Shown here: piece by piece, positions 1-10,208 of the stretch | Numbering within the stretch: position 1 is the stretch's first letter | Layout: each line of letters begins with the position of its first letter | Made by a program: the position numbers and the translations under genes | Origin: Aequorivita sp. HC6-5 | Lineage (GTDB): Bacteria; Bacteroidota; Bacteroidia; Flavobacteriales; Flavobacteriaceae | Length of the DNA stretch: 64,000 nucleotides | NCBI GenBank assembly: GCA_905182755.1 | Contig: CAJJCS010000001.1 | Location: 12,945-76,944, forward strand | Direction: 5' to 3' | Notes under the pieces: generated by a model | What the model saw: only the letters and a program-made list of their open reading frames with translations | Told to the model about the DNA's origin: nothing | Databases searched by the model: none

Positions 1-917
1 AATTCATCGGCGAGCTTGAGCATCATTTCTTTTCTAGCCTCAAAGTGTTCTTTATCATGGTCTCTTATGATATACTGCAGTTGTGTGCTGTCTACTTCTC
101 CAGTTACACTATATAGATGGAAGAACCCTTGTCTATCTTGTGTGTGTTCTGGTGTTTCAAGTCTTGGCAGAGAATTAATGTAGTCTGTAGCTATGTACAT
201 GCTGTTTACCATCTTTCCTTTTGCATATCCTGGATGTACTATTTTTCCTTTTATAGAAACTAGTGCGCCGGCGGCATTAAAATTCTCATATTCTAATTCT
301 CCAACCTGGCTTCCATCCATAGTGTAGGCCCAATCTGCTCCAAATTTTTCGACATCAAATTTATGGGCACCACGACCAATTTCTTCATCTGGAGTAAACC
401 CCACCCGAATCTTTCCATGTTTTATCTCTGGGTGTTGCACTAGGTATTCCATGGCGCTAACTATTTCAGTAATACCAGCTTTGTCATCTGCTCCTAATAA
501 GGTAGTCCCATCTGTGGTAATAAGGGTTTGCCCTTTGTATAATAATAGGTCTTCAAAATAGGAGGGAGATAGAATGATGTTTTGCGCCTTATTTAAAACA
601 ATATCTTTTCCATCATAATTTTCTATGATTTGAGGCTTTACATCCTTTCCCGTAAAATCTGGAGTGGTGTCAAAATGTGATATAAACCCAATTGTTGGTA
701 CTTTATGTGGCACATTACTTGGCAATGTGGCCATGATGTATGCATTGTCATCTATGGTAACATCTTGTAAACCTATATGTTTTAGTTCTTCAACTAAAGC
801 ATTGGCAAGATCCCATTGTTTGGCAGTACTGGGAGTGGTTTCACTTGTTGGATCACTTTCTGTATCAACAGTAACGTAACTTATAAACCTATCTATTAGG
901 TGCTTTTTATCTATCAT
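1..917 (-). CDS. pepT: Peptidase T (M20B tripeptidase), 3' end runs off the window
   Basis: Manual reverse-strand translation from ATG at 917: [23 protein letters not shown]...IGFISHFDT...[11 protein letters not shown]...[12 protein letters not shown]...AYTMDG...[11 protein letters not shown]. Confidence 0.93.
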   Translation of the reverse strand, partial: MIDKKHLIDRFISYVTVDTESDPTSETTPSTAKQWDLANALVEELKHIGLQDVTIDDNAYIMATLPSNVPHKVPTIGFISHFDTTPDFTGKDVKPQIIENYDGKDIVLNKAQNIILSPSYFEDLLLYKGQTLITTDGTTLLGADDKAGITEIVSAMEYLVQHPEIKHGKIRVGFTPDEEIGRGAHKFDVEKFGADWAYTMDGSQVGELEYENFNAAGALVSIKGKIVHPGYAKGKMVNSMYIATDYINSLPRLETPEHTQDRQGFFHLYSVTGEVDSTQLQYIIRDHDKEHFEARKEMMLKLADE

Positions 918-1006
918 AATATGCGGCGTTTGTTCTTGAAATTTCTTAAAAAAATCGCTTGTTAAAAATAAACATATTCACAATAACTAGTATTGACTTT
1001 ATACCT

Positions 1007-1014
1007 TATTTTTG
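1007..1014 (+). promoter_or_regulatory. Bacteroidota sigma70 -7 element (TATTTTTG) for pyrD
   Basis: Matches TAnnTTTG, 17 nt before ATG 1032. Confidence 0.5.
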
Positions 1015-1031
1015 CAGTAAGATTTCTCGCT

Positions 1032-2066
1032 ATGTATAAAACCATTTTACGTCCTTTGCTTTTTAGTTTTGATCCAGAAAAGATACACTACTTTACTTTT
1101 TCTTTGATTAAGTTGGCACATCTCATTGGTCTTGGAGGTTTGTTTAGAAGTCTTTACCAAATTAAACATCCTGCATTAGAGAGAGAATTGTTTGGATTGA
1201 AATTTTCAAATCCAGTAGGTCTTGCAGCTGGATTTGATAAAAATGCTGTCTTGTATAATGAGCTAGCAAATTTTGGTTTTGGTTTTATTGAAATTGGTAC
1301 TACCACACCTTTAGGCCAAGAAGGAAATCCTAAAAAGAGATTGTTTCGTCTCAAAGATGATAAAGGTATTATTAACAGAATGGGCTTTAATAATAAAGGC
1401 CTAGATAAAGCTATAATTGAGCTTAAAAAAAACAAAGGAAAGCTTATAATAGGAGGTAACATAGGTAAAAACACCCAAACACTTCCAGAGCACTATACCC
1501 AAGATTATCTTACCTGCTTTAATGCGCTCCACCCATATGTAGATTACTTTGTTTTGAATGTAAGTTGTCCAAATGTGGGAAGTCATGCCAAATTAAATGA
1601 CAAAGAATATCTAGAAGAATTAATAGGGGCAGTACAACAAGCAAATAAAAAATTTGCAGCTGAAAAACCAATTTTATTAAAAATAGCCCCAGATTTAAAT
1701 ACCGCACAGTTAGATGAAATTGTGACACTTGTTTTGCAAACCAAACTCGATGGTGTTATTGCAAGCAATACCTCTACAAATAGAGAGGGACTTTCTATCT
1801 CTCAAGAAGAATTACAACAAATTGGTAATGGAGGTTTAAGTGGCCAACCAATTAAAGACAGAAGTACAGCAGTTATAAAACACTTGTCCACACAAAGTAA
1901 CAAAGCATTTCCAATTATTGGAGTAGGAGGGATACATAGTCCAGAAGATGCTTTAGAAAAAATAAATGCAGGTGCAGATTTAGTGCAGATTTACACAGGT
2001 TTTATCTACGAAGGACCTCGTTTAATAAAAAACATTAATAAGGCTATTATTTCTCAAACCGCATAA
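1032..2066 (+). CDS. pyrD: Dihydroorotate dehydrogenase (quinone), class 2
   Basis: [42 protein letters not shown] motifs; ATG 1032 preferred over the TTG at 993. Confidence 0.95.
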   Translation: MYKTILRPLLFSFDPEKIHYFTFSLIKLAHLIGLGGLFRSLYQIKHPALERELFGLKFSNPVGLAAGFDKNAVLYNELANFGFGFIEIGTTTPLGQEGNPKKRLFRLKDDKGIINRMGFNNKGLDKAIIELKKNKGKLIIGGNIGKNTQTLPEHYTQDYLTCFNALHPYVDYFVLNVSCPNVGSHAKLNDKEYLEELIGAVQQANKKFAAEKPILLKIAPDLNTAQLDEIVTLVLQTKLDGVIASNTSTNREGLSISQEELQQIGNGGLSGQPIKDRSTAVIKHLSTQSNKAFPIIGVGGIHSPEDALEKINAGADLVQIYTGFIYEGPRLIKNINKAIISQTA

Positions 2067-2075
2067 CAAAAAAAA

Positions 2076-2690
2076 ATGTTAGAAACCCTTCTTTCGTTTG
2101 TTGTTGCTACCTGTCTTTTAGCGCTAAGCCCAGGGCCAGATAATATGTATGTGTTAACTCAGTCTTTAGCAAACGGTAAAAGAAGCGCTCTGGCTATTAC
2201 AGCTGGGCTGATAAGCGGCTGTATTGTTCATACTACTTTGTTGGCTTTTGGAATTTCTGCAGTTATTACAACAAACCCATCTCTTTTTTTTGGCATAAAA
2301 GTGCTAGGAGCATTGTATTTATTATACCTAGCCTATGCTGTTTTTAAGAGTGATGCAACCCTTGAGTTTTCAGAAAATGCACCTAAGAAGAGCTATGGTC
2401 AATTATTTAAACAAGGAGTAATCATGAATTTATTAAACCCTAAGGTAATGCTCTTTTTTCTTGCCTTATTCCCTCAGTTTTTATGGGAACCACAAACAGA
2501 TACTGTGCGTCAATTTTATATTCTAGGGGTTACTTTTATGGTGGTAAGTTTTATTGTTTTTGCAACAATTGCTTTGCTAGGGGGGAGTGTTTCTTCTTTT
2601 TTAAATAAAAACAAGCACACTGGAGTCTTTCTAAAGTGGTTGCAGATTTTGGTGTTTATAGCAATTGCTGCCTTTATACTAGTACCGTAA
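2076..2690 (+). CDS. LysE/RhtB family translocator
   Basis: SPGPD, GALYLLYLA and NLLNPK motifs; about 6 hydrophobic segments. Confidence 0.9.
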   Translation: MLETLLSFVVATCLLALSPGPDNMYVLTQSLANGKRSALAITAGLISGCIVHTTLLAFGISAVITTNPSLFFGIKVLGALYLLYLAYAVFKSDATLEFSENAPKKSYGQLFKQGVIMNLLNPKVMLFFLALFPQFLWEPQTDTVRQFYILGVTFMVVSFIVFATIALLGGSVSSFLNKNKHTGVFLKWLQILVFIAIAAFILVP

Positions 2691-2692
2691 TG

Positions 2693-3085
2693 TTACTGTG
2701 CCAATCCAAATTGGTTTACCACAAGAGTGCATTTAGAGCTGCATGAAATATCTATAGGCGCTGTCCATTGTGTTCCTTGGATTTGTTGGAGTGTGATTCC
2801 TGAAGTGTTTTTTTGAACCTGAAATAAAAATGCGGAGCCATCAGCGGCTTTTTTATTGTTTGCAATACCATTTACACCTATGAGTGTGCTATTGTCTTGT
2901 ACTGTGATTTTTTTCCAATCACACCCTCCATTGCATGCTAGGGTAGTATTGTTACCGTCTATTTCAATAGTAATTGAAAAACTAGTAGCTGTATTTGCGC
3001 TTAATTGAGCCGTCACTTGAGATGGCAAGGCGCATAAAGCAACAAAAAACAATAATACAAGGGTAGGTTTTACAAGGGTTTTCAT
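2693..3085 (-). CDS. Small secreted hypothetical protein with internal two-fold repeat
   Basis: Signal peptide ending ...VTA-Q; two similar segments (TTLACNGGCDW / ITLQQIQGTQW). Confidence 0.7.
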   Translation of the reverse strand: MKTLVKPTLVLLFFVALCALPSQVTAQLSANTATSFSITIEIDGNNTTLACNGGCDWKKITVQDNSTLIGVNGIANNKKAADGSAFLFQVQKNTSGITLQQIQGTQWTAPIDISCSSKCTLVVNQFGLAQ

Positions 3086-3194
3086 AGAATTTTTCTTTTG
3101 GTAAATATATTAAAAAAATGACAACTAAAATTTCTAGTAAAAAGTAATACATCACTTTTGGTTATCTACACATTTTACTTTTATCTTTACCAAG

Positions 3195-4060
3195 ATGCAA
3201 GACGTGAAACTTATAGAATGTCCAAGAGATGCCATGCAAGGTATTAAAGATTGGATACCCACCCACAAAAAAGTTCAGTACATTCAATCTCTATTGAGTT
3301 GCGGCTTTGATACCATTGATTTTGGTAGTTTTGTGTCTCCAAAAGCCATTCCGCAAATGGTGGATACTGCCGAGGTTTTATCTGGGCTAGATATGTCTTC
3401 TACCCAAGACCAAGTTACTGGCAATTGTTGCTAATGTAAGAGGAGCTCAAGCTGCTGTAGCACATCCAGAAATCACGTATTTAGGCTATCCATTTTCTAT
3501 TTCAGAGAATTTCCAGATGCGTAATACCCACAAAACTATTGCACAATCTATAGCTACTCTTTCTGAAATTTTAGAGCTAGCTGCTGCTTCAAACAAACAA
3601 GTGGTAACCTATCTTTCTATGGGTTTTGGAAATCCTTATGGAGATCCTTGGAATCTTGACATTGTAGGTCAGTGGGCTCAGAGGCTTATCCCAGATGGGA
3701 GTTACTATTTTATCGTTAAGTGATACGGTAGGGACCTCAACTCCAGAGAGTATTTCTTATTTGTTTTCAAATTTAATTCCTAAATACCCCAATATTGAGT
3801 TTGGAGCGCACCTGCACACAACCCCAAGCGCCTGGCACGAAAAGGTTGATGCTGCTTATAAAGCAGGTTGTAGAAGATTTGATGGTGCAATTCAAGGCTT
3901 TGGCGGTTGCCCAATGGCAAAAGATGAGCTTACTGGAAATATGCCCACAGAAAAAATGTTAAGTTACTTTACCTCTCAAAAGGCGAAAACTAATATACGC
4001 ACCATGAGTTTTGAAAGTGCCCACAATACCGCAAGTGATTTATTTAATAACTACCATTAA
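3195..4060 (+). CDS. Hydroxymethylglutaryl-CoA lyase; two frameshifts (~3404, ~3688), probably assembly artefacts
   Basis: ECPRDAMQG, FVSPKAIPQM, SLSDTVG, GAHLH and GFGGCP motifs spread over three ORF pieces. Confidence 0.9.
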
Positions 4061-4075
4061 AAAATAAAACCCCTA

Positions 4076-5680
4076 ATGAATAAGGTTATATCCTCAAAAA
4101 GTTTACAAATGTTTAATAACATGCACAAATCCTTCTTTGGAGTGTTGTTTATGTGTGGTCTTTTTTCTTTAGTAGTAACTAGTTGTAAAACTACGAAGGT
4201 TTCACAGGTCCAAAAACAAAACACTGTTACCGTAAAGCTCATACAGGTTAATGATGTATATGAAATTGCGCCTCTGGGCGGCGGCAGATATGGAGGGATG
4301 GCCAGAGTAGCTCATATTAGTGATTCTATTAAAAGGCAATTCCCAAATAGTTATCTTGTAATGGCCGGAGATTTTTTAAACCCCTCGCTTCTTGGCACTC
4401 TTAAAGTTGATGGTCAACGAGTAAAAGGACGCCAAATGATTGAAGTGATGAATGCCATGGATTTTGATTTGGCCACTTTTGGAAACCATGAGTTTGATAT
4501 TAAAGAAAATGAGCTGCAGCAGCGCCTTAACGAAAGTGATTTTAATTGGGTGTCTGCCAATGTGTTTCAAAAAAGTGGGGACTCGCTTGATGTGTTTCAT
4601 AGCATTAAAAAAGGGGATAGTATTGCAATTCCAGAGACCCTTTATTATGATGTAGACGCCCGTAACCCCAAATACTCCAGTTACTCCACCTCTAAAGTGC
4701 GTATTGGTTTTTTTGGTGTCACCATAGATTCTAACCCAAAAGATTTTGTGTATTATAGTGATTATTTATTGGAATCTAAAGCTGCAGTGAATACTCTTAA
4801 AATGGCAGGCAGTGATATCATTATTGGGTTAACACATCTCAAACTAGCTCAAGATATTCAGGTGGCAGAAGCCTCACCTAGTATAGATTTTATAATGGGA
4901 GGTCATGAGCATAATAATATGCTTGTGCCTACAGGTGGTGCAACTGTTGCTAAGGCAGATGCCAATGCAAAATCTGTATATGTGCATACCTTAGTCTATG
5001 ATTTGGTTACAAAAACATCGGCTATTTCTTCTGAATTAGTTCTTATCACAGATAAAGTCCCTTCCTTGCCAAGGGTTCAAAAAGTGGTTTCTAAGTGGGA
5101 TGCTATTTTAGAGCAAGAAATTAAAACCGTTGTAGATAACCCTAATGAAGTTATCTATAAAGCTGAAGATTTTCTTGACGGTACAGACACTCCCACTAGA
5201 AGTACGCAAACCAATTTAGGGGTACTAATAGCCCAGGCTATGAGTAAGAGTTTTAATACTCCTGTAGATGGAGCACTTGTAAATGGCGGCTCTTTTAGAC
5301 TAGATGATGTTTTGCAAGGAGATATAGTGAGTCTAGATATATTTAGGGTATTGCCCTTTGGTGGAGGTGTTTTAAAAGTAGCACTTACTGGAGCTCTTCT
5401 TCTAGAGGTGTTAGATTTTGGACTTGCCAAGGCAGGAACAGGAGCGTACTTGCAACGCTACGGTTTTGATCAAAAAATGGGAGTTTGGTATATTAACAAT
5501 GAGGCTATTGATGCTTCACAAACCTATAACATTGCTTTTAGTGATTACCTTTTGAAGGGTTTTGATATTCCTTTTTTAACGCCAGAAAATCCAGGTATCA
5601 TAAACATTTATAGCCCAACAGAGTCTGAGCCTGCCTATGATATTCGCAGGGCGGTAATTACATTTCTGAAAACTTTGTAA
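4076..5680 (+). CDS. Bifunctional metallophosphatase/5'-nucleotidase lipoprotein (start may be 4121)
   Basis: NDVYE, AGDFL, FGNHEFD, LTH, GGHEH, NGGSFR and LPFGG motifs; lipobox VTSC. Confidence 0.9.
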   Translation: MNKVISSKSLQMFNNMHKSFFGVLFMCGLFSLVVTSCKTTKVSQVQKQNTVTVKLIQVNDVYEIAPLGGGRYGGMARVAHISDSIKRQFPNSYLVMAGDFLNPSLLGTLKVDGQRVKGRQMIEVMNAMDFDLATFGNHEFDIKENELQQRLNESDFNWVSANVFQKSGDSLDVFHSIKKGDSIAIPETLYYDVDARNPKYSSYSTSKVRIGFFGVTIDSNPKDFVYYSDYLLESKAAVNTLKMAGSDIIIGLTHLKLAQDIQVAEASPSIDFIMGGHEHNNMLVPTGGATVAKADANAKSVYVHTLVYDLVTKTSAISSELVLITDKVPSLPRVQKVVSKWDAILEQEIKTVVDNPNEVIYKAEDFLDGTDTPTRSTQTNLGVLIAQAMSKSFNTPVDGALVNGGSFRLDDVLQGDIVSLDIFRVLPFGGGVLKVALTGALLLEVLDFGLAKAGTGAYLQRYGFDQKMGVWYINNEAIDASQTYNIAFSDYLLKGFDIPFLTPENPGIINIYSPTESEPAYDIRRAVITFLKTL

Positions 5681-5695
5681 AACTATTTTTTAGAT

Positions 5696-5718
5696 TACTT
5701 TAGAATAATTCTAAGTAA
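5696..5718. promoter_or_regulatory. Fur-like palindromic operator
   Basis: TACTTTAGAATAATTCTAAGTAA, near-palindrome resembling the two boxes at 6308 and 6380. Confidence 0.55.
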
Positions 5719-5744
5719 TATTTATGTAATAAAAACACATAAAC

Positions 5745-6218
5745 ATGAAATATTTAAAATACTTTTCAATACTATCACTACTAACTTTAGTTGTAATACA
5801 GTTTATAAAACCAGATAAAAACAACCACGGATACCAGTCTGTGTCTTTGTTTGAAAAAGAAACAGTTCCCACAAAACAAATTGCAATGATTCTTAAAAAT
5901 AATTGTTATGACTGTCATAGCGATCAAACAAACTACCCTTGGTATAATAATATTTCCCCAATAAATTATTGGTTAGAGGAGCATATTAAAGATGGGAAAA
6001 AACATTTTAATGTTTCTGCATGGGATGCATACAGCGCAAGAAAAAAAGATCACAAACTTGAAGAACTTATAGAGTATGTAGAGCAGGGTGAGATGCCTTT
6101 AGATTCTTATACCTGGTTGCATGGTGATTTATCTAATCAAGACACCGAAACCTTATTGCAATGGGCTCAAATTTCACGAATAGAATATCAAAAACAGATG
6201 CTTGAGTTAGCCAAATAA
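5745..6218 (+). CDS. Heme-binding domain (Haem_bd) c-type cytochrome-like protein
   Basis: N-terminal TM/signal, CYDCH heme attachment motif, YPWY, EMPL axial Met region. Confidence 0.85.
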   Translation: MKYLKYFSILSLLTLVVIQFIKPDKNNHGYQSVSLFEKETVPTKQIAMILKNNCYDCHSDQTNYPWYNNISPINYWLEEHIKDGKKHFNVSAWDAYSARKKDHKLEELIEYVEQGEMPLDSYTWLHGDLSNQDTETLLQWAQISRIEYQKQMLELAK

Positions 6219-6307
6219 GTATTTAAATCTTTTTTTAAAAAATAGTCACTTATTTTTTTTAACATAACCCCTTGTAAATAAATGCATTAACACTTTATTG
6301 ATAATTC

Positions 6308-6330
6308 TTATTTAAATTTAATCTAAATAA
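6308..6330. promoter_or_regulatory. Fur-like palindromic operator next to the -33 element
   Basis: TTATTTAAATTTAATCTAAATAA (one mismatch from perfect dyad); TTG at 6333-6335 and TATTTTTG at 6356-6363 follow. Confidence 0.65.
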
Positions 6331-6379
6331 ACTTGCATAAACCTAAAATCAGTTTTATTTTTGTGCTTGAATTAATCAA

Positions 6380-6402
6380 CTATTTATAATAAGTCTTAAT
6401 AA
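6380..6402. promoter_or_regulatory. Second Fur-like box in the 5' UTR
   Basis: CTATTTATAATAAGTCTTAATAA, degenerate copy of the same dyad, 7 nt before ATG 6410. Confidence 0.45.
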
Positions 6403-6409
6403 GAATAAC

Positions 6410-7642
6410 ATGAAAAAATTAGTATTACTATCCATTTTTGTTGCTTCACTTTTCACATCTTGTGCAAGTGATGATGATAATCAGTCTGAAAACGTTCCTA
6501 CTCAAGTTGAAGCTCCTGCAGATTATACTTTTACAAGAAATAATGAGACTACGGTAAAGTTTACTGGTCAAACTACACGTATTTTTATGGCAGAAGAAAT
6601 TATTACTGCCTTTAAAAGTGTAGACGATCAAACACAAGAATCACTACAAGCAATGTTCGCTCACCAAGAAGGAGCAGAAGATTTTTCTGATCCTGAATTA
6701 AATGCCTCTGGTAAAAGTGTGCGTAGTAAAACTGCTGCATCTTCAGATTACTTTTCTGCCAATGCAACAGAAGCAACTGAAATTAAAGCAATGTTTGACA
6801 ACTACATCAGTATTCAAACAACAGAAGTTTTCGACAACTGGAGTACTGTTGCAGCTCCTGGAGTTGCAGGTCAAATTGCTGATGGCTCATCCACACGTTA
6901 TGTTGGAGCAAATGGTCTAGAATATAATCAAGCATTTGCAAAAGGGCTAATAGGAGCTTTTGTAACAGACCAGATTTTAAATAATTACTTAAGCCCTTCT
7001 GTCTTGGATGGTGGTGATAATGTTTCTAATAATGACAGTGATGTTACAGATGGAGATAATAATTATACTACCATGGAGCATAAATGGGATGAAGCTTATG
7101 GATATTTATTTGGTGGTGTTCCAGAAGAAAGCCAATCTAACCCTCTTCCAACTATTGGTGATAATGATAGTTTTTTAAATAAATATGTTGGAAAAACTAA
7201 TAGCGACCCAGATTTTAACACTATTGCGCAAGATATTTTTGACGCATTTAAATTAGGTCGTGCAGCTATTGTTGCAAAAAATTATCAGGTAAGAGATGAG
7301 CAAGCAGCAATACTTCAACAAAAAATATCTGAAGTGATAGCTATTCGTGCTGTTTACTACCTACAAACGGGTAAATCATCTATTGAGTCTGGAGATTTTG
7401 GTGCTGCATTCCATGACTTGTCTGAGGGGTACGGTTTTCTAACTAGCCTTCGTTTTACCAGAGATACTGAAAATGGAACATCTATTTTCACTAAATCTGA
7501 GGTAGATGGTTTTATTTCAGATCTTATGAATGATGGTCCAAATGGATTATGGGGTGTTACTCCAGCTACTCTTGATGCTATTTCTAACGAAATTGCATCA
7601 AGATTTAGTTTTACTGTTGCTCAAGCTGCTAGTTCTAATTAA
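6410..7642 (+). CDS. DUF4856-like surface lipoprotein
   Basis: Lipobox FTSC followed by acidic ASDDD; GQTTR, MEHKWDEAYGY and HDLSEGYGF motifs; typical position upstream of imelysin. Confidence 0.8.
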   Translation: MKKLVLLSIFVASLFTSCASDDDNQSENVPTQVEAPADYTFTRNNETTVKFTGQTTRIFMAEEIITAFKSVDDQTQESLQAMFAHQEGAEDFSDPELNASGKSVRSKTAASSDYFSANATEATEIKAMFDNYISIQTTEVFDNWSTVAAPGVAGQIADGSSTRYVGANGLEYNQAFAKGLIGAFVTDQILNNYLSPSVLDGGDNVSNNDSDVTDGDNNYTTMEHKWDEAYGYLFGGVPEESQSNPLPTIGDNDSFLNKYVGKTNSDPDFNTIAQDIFDAFKLGRAAIVAKNYQVRDEQAAILQQKISEVIAIRAVYYLQTGKSSIESGDFGAAFHDLSEGYGFLTSLRFTRDTENGTSIFTKSEVDGFISDLMNDGPNGLWGVTPATLDAISNEIASRFSFTVAQAASSN

Positions 7643-7654
7643 TTGTTAAAGTTT

Positions 7655-7698
7655 ATCAAGCAACTGCTTTTATGTAAATGAAAGCAGTTGCTTTTGAT
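7655..7698 (+). terminator. Intercistronic stem-loop (partial terminator or mRNA stabiliser)
   Basis: AAGCAACTGCTTTTAT-GTAA-ATGAAAGCAGTTGCTT followed by TT. Confidence 0.7.
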
Positions 7699-7719
7699 TA
7701 TTTTTGTAGAAAATTAAAT

Positions 7720-8841
7720 ATGAAGAAGAATATTATTTACGTTTTATTTTGTTTTTTAGCTTTTGTAAGTGCTTGTGGTGAAGATGACACCTCAGATTCT
7801 CAACCTACAGATTCTTATGATCGTGGTGCACTGCTTTTAAATTGGGCTGATAATATTATCATACCTCGTTATGATAACTTTGCCACCTCACTAAACACTT
7901 TAGTTACTACCTCACAAAGCTTTGCAGATTCTCCAAGCTCTTCTAGTTTAGAAGAAGTAAGAGCATCTTGGTTAACTGCTTACAGTGCGTTTCAAAAGGT
8001 GTCAATGTTTGAAATTGGTAGGGCAGAAACTTTAAACTATAGAAATAGACTGAATGTTTATCCAACCAATACCAGTGAGATTGACGGATATATATCATCC
8101 AACACTTGGAATCTTGAGTTACCCTCTACCATAGATTCTCAAGGTTTCCCGGCCTTAGATTATTTGCTTTATGGTTTAGGTACAGATCAGGAAACTCTTG
8201 ATAAATACACCACAGATGAAAATGCATCGAGCTATACAATGTATCTATTGGATTTGGTTACCACTATGCAAACACTTACCAATGAAGTAATTTCTGATTG
8301 GGAAAATGGGTATAGAGAAACCTATATTACAAACACAAGTTCTTCTGCATCAGGAGCCGTAGACCAGACTGTAAATGCATTTTTATTTTATTATGAAAAA
8401 GCACTTCGTGCAGGGAAAGTAGGGATACCAGCAGGTGTTTTCTCTGAAACTTCATTACCACAAAACGTTGAATCTTTTCACAACCAGTTTGTTTCAAAAT
8501 TGTTGTTAACTCAAGCACTTTCTGCAACAGTAAGCTTTTTTAATGGAGAAGGTGCCACCGCAGATTTCCCATCAAACGGCTTTAGTTTAAATTCGTATTT
8601 AGAGGCATTAAATACAGTAAAAAATGGAAGTGATTTAAGCACCTTGATCAACGATCAATTTCAAGTAGCATTCTCTAAAATTGAACTACTTGATGATAAT
8701 TTTATTGAGCAAATTACAAACGATAATACAAAAATGCTACAGGCTTATGACGAATTACAACGTAATGTAATTTTAATGAAAGTAGATATGTTACAGGCAT
8801 TGAGTATTGATGTCAACTATATTGATGCAGATGGCGATTAA
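7720..8841 (+). CDS. Imelysin family (peptidase M75-like) iron-related lipoprotein
   Basis: Lipobox VSAC-GEDD; IIPRY, SW..AY, QGFPALDYLLY, KVGIPAG, C-terminal DADGD. Confidence 0.85.
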   Translation: MKKNIIYVLFCFLAFVSACGEDDTSDSQPTDSYDRGALLLNWADNIIIPRYDNFATSLNTLVTTSQSFADSPSSSSLEEVRASWLTAYSAFQKVSMFEIGRAETLNYRNRLNVYPTNTSEIDGYISSNTWNLELPSTIDSQGFPALDYLLYGLGTDQETLDKYTTDENASSYTMYLLDLVTTMQTLTNEVISDWENGYRETYITNTSSSASGAVDQTVNAFLFYYEKALRAGKVGIPAGVFSETSLPQNVESFHNQFVSKLLLTQALSATVSFFNGEGATADFPSNGFSLNSYLEALNTVKNGSDLSTLINDQFQVAFSKIELLDDNFIEQITNDNTKMLQAYDELQRNVILMKVDMLQALSIDVNYIDADGD

Positions 8842-10205
8842 TGAAATCAAGCTATAATAGGTATATCACCAAGCAAACAAAGGCTGCCCCATTGGCGGTC
8901 TTTCGTATATTATTCGGTTTTATGATGCTTGCAAGCATTATTCGCTTTTGGAGTTTTGGTTGGATAGAAACCCTATATATAGAGCCAATTTTTTCTTTTT
9001 CATACTATGGTTTTCATTGGCTACCAAATCTAGGACAGTTTACTTATCTTCTTTTTATAATTTGTGGTGTTTCGGCCTTTTCCGTAGCTATTGGCTATAG
9101 ATATAGATTAGCAATAGTACTATTTTTCTTAAGTTTCACTTACATAGAGTTACTAGACAAAACAACCTATCTCAACCATTATTACTTTATTAGTTGTTTA
9201 AGCTTTTTGCTTATTTTTTTACCTGCCAATTGTTATTATTCTTTAGACGCGCTGCGTTTAAAAAATATACGAGCTAATACTATCCCTGCTTGGTCTATAA
9301 ACAGTATTAAATTGCTGCTTTGTATTGTTTATTTTTTTGCGGGCCTTGCTAAGCTAAATAGTGATTGGCTTTTAAATGCCATGCCTTTACAAATTTGGTT
9401 GCCTTCAAAGTATGATATTCCTTTTCTTGGTGATCTTTTGCAACAAAGCTGGATTCATTATGCTTTTAGTTGGGGAGGCGCATTTTACGATTTAGCGATT
9501 CCTTTTTTATTGCTATGGAAACCAACTCGGTCTATTGCATTTATTTTTGTAGTTATATTTCATGTCCTAACACGTATACTATTTCCCATAGGGATGTTTC
9601 CATATATAATGATTGTAAGCGCCCTAATCTTTTTTGATGCTACATTTCATGAGCGCATACTTTCATTTTTCTCCTGGCTTCTCAAAAAAATACGGTTATT
9701 TAGGGTAGTAAAAGTAAACGATTTACAAAAAGAAAAGAGTGCTAAAATTGCCTCTTATGTTGTAGGACTTTTTATAGTAGTTCAGTTACTTTTGCCCTGG
9801 CGATATGTATGGTACCCAAAAGAATTATTTTGGACCGAAGAAGGATATCGTTTCTCTTGGCGTGTTATGTTAATGGAAAAAGCAGGATATGCACAATTTA
9901 TAATCAAAAACACAAAAACAGGAAGTCAATTTGCTGTAAATAACAGTGATTTTTTAACACCATTTCAAGAAAAACAAATGAGTACACAGCCTGATTTTAT
10001 TTTAGAGTATGCTCATTATTTGGGCACACATTTTAAGTCTCAAGGGCATCAAAACATAGCAGTGTACGTGGAAAGTTATGTGGCCCTTAATGGCAGGTTG
10101 AGCCAACCTTTTATAAGTCCAGAGGTTAACTTGCTTGACCTAGAAGATACCTTTAGGCATAAAGATTGGATTTTAGAATTTAATGACACCATTCAAGGCA
10201 TATAA
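8841..10205 (+). CDS. HTTM domain / vitamin K-dependent gamma-carboxylase-like membrane protein
   Basis: LAVFRILFG, LLDKTTYLNHYY, YFFAGLAKLNSDWL, IGMFPY, EGYRFSWRVML and SLNGR-like VALNGR motifs; overlaps the imelysin stop codon (TAATG). Confidence 0.9.
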   Translation: MKSSYNRYITKQTKAAPLAVFRILFGFMMLASIIRFWSFGWIETLYIEPIFSFSYYGFHWLPNLGQFTYLLFIICGVSAFSVAIGYRYRLAIVLFFLSFTYIELLDKTTYLNHYYFISCLSFLLIFLPANCYYSLDALRLKNIRANTIPAWSINSIKLLLCIVYFFAGLAKLNSDWLLNAMPLQIWLPSKYDIPFLGDLLQQSWIHYAFSWGGAFYDLAIPFLLLWKPTRSIAFIFVVIFHVLTRILFPIGMFPYIMIVSALIFFDATFHERILSFFSWLLKKIRLFRVVKVNDLQKEKSAKIASYVVGLFIVVQLLLPWRYVWYPKELFWTEEGYRFSWRVMLMEKAGYAQFIIKNTKTGSQFAVNNSDFLTPFQEKQMSTQPDFILEYAHYLGTHFKSQGHQNIAVYVESYVALNGRLSQPFISPEVNLLDLEDTFRHKDWILEFNDTIQGI

Positions 10206-10208
10206 TTT

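Noticed and set aside
664-879. 71-aa plus-strand ORF and the many other short ORFs overlapping long genes
   Set aside because: They are antisense or alternate-frame shadows of pepT, pyrD, secDF, cysS and the adhesins; recurrence in the adhesins just mirrors the repeats
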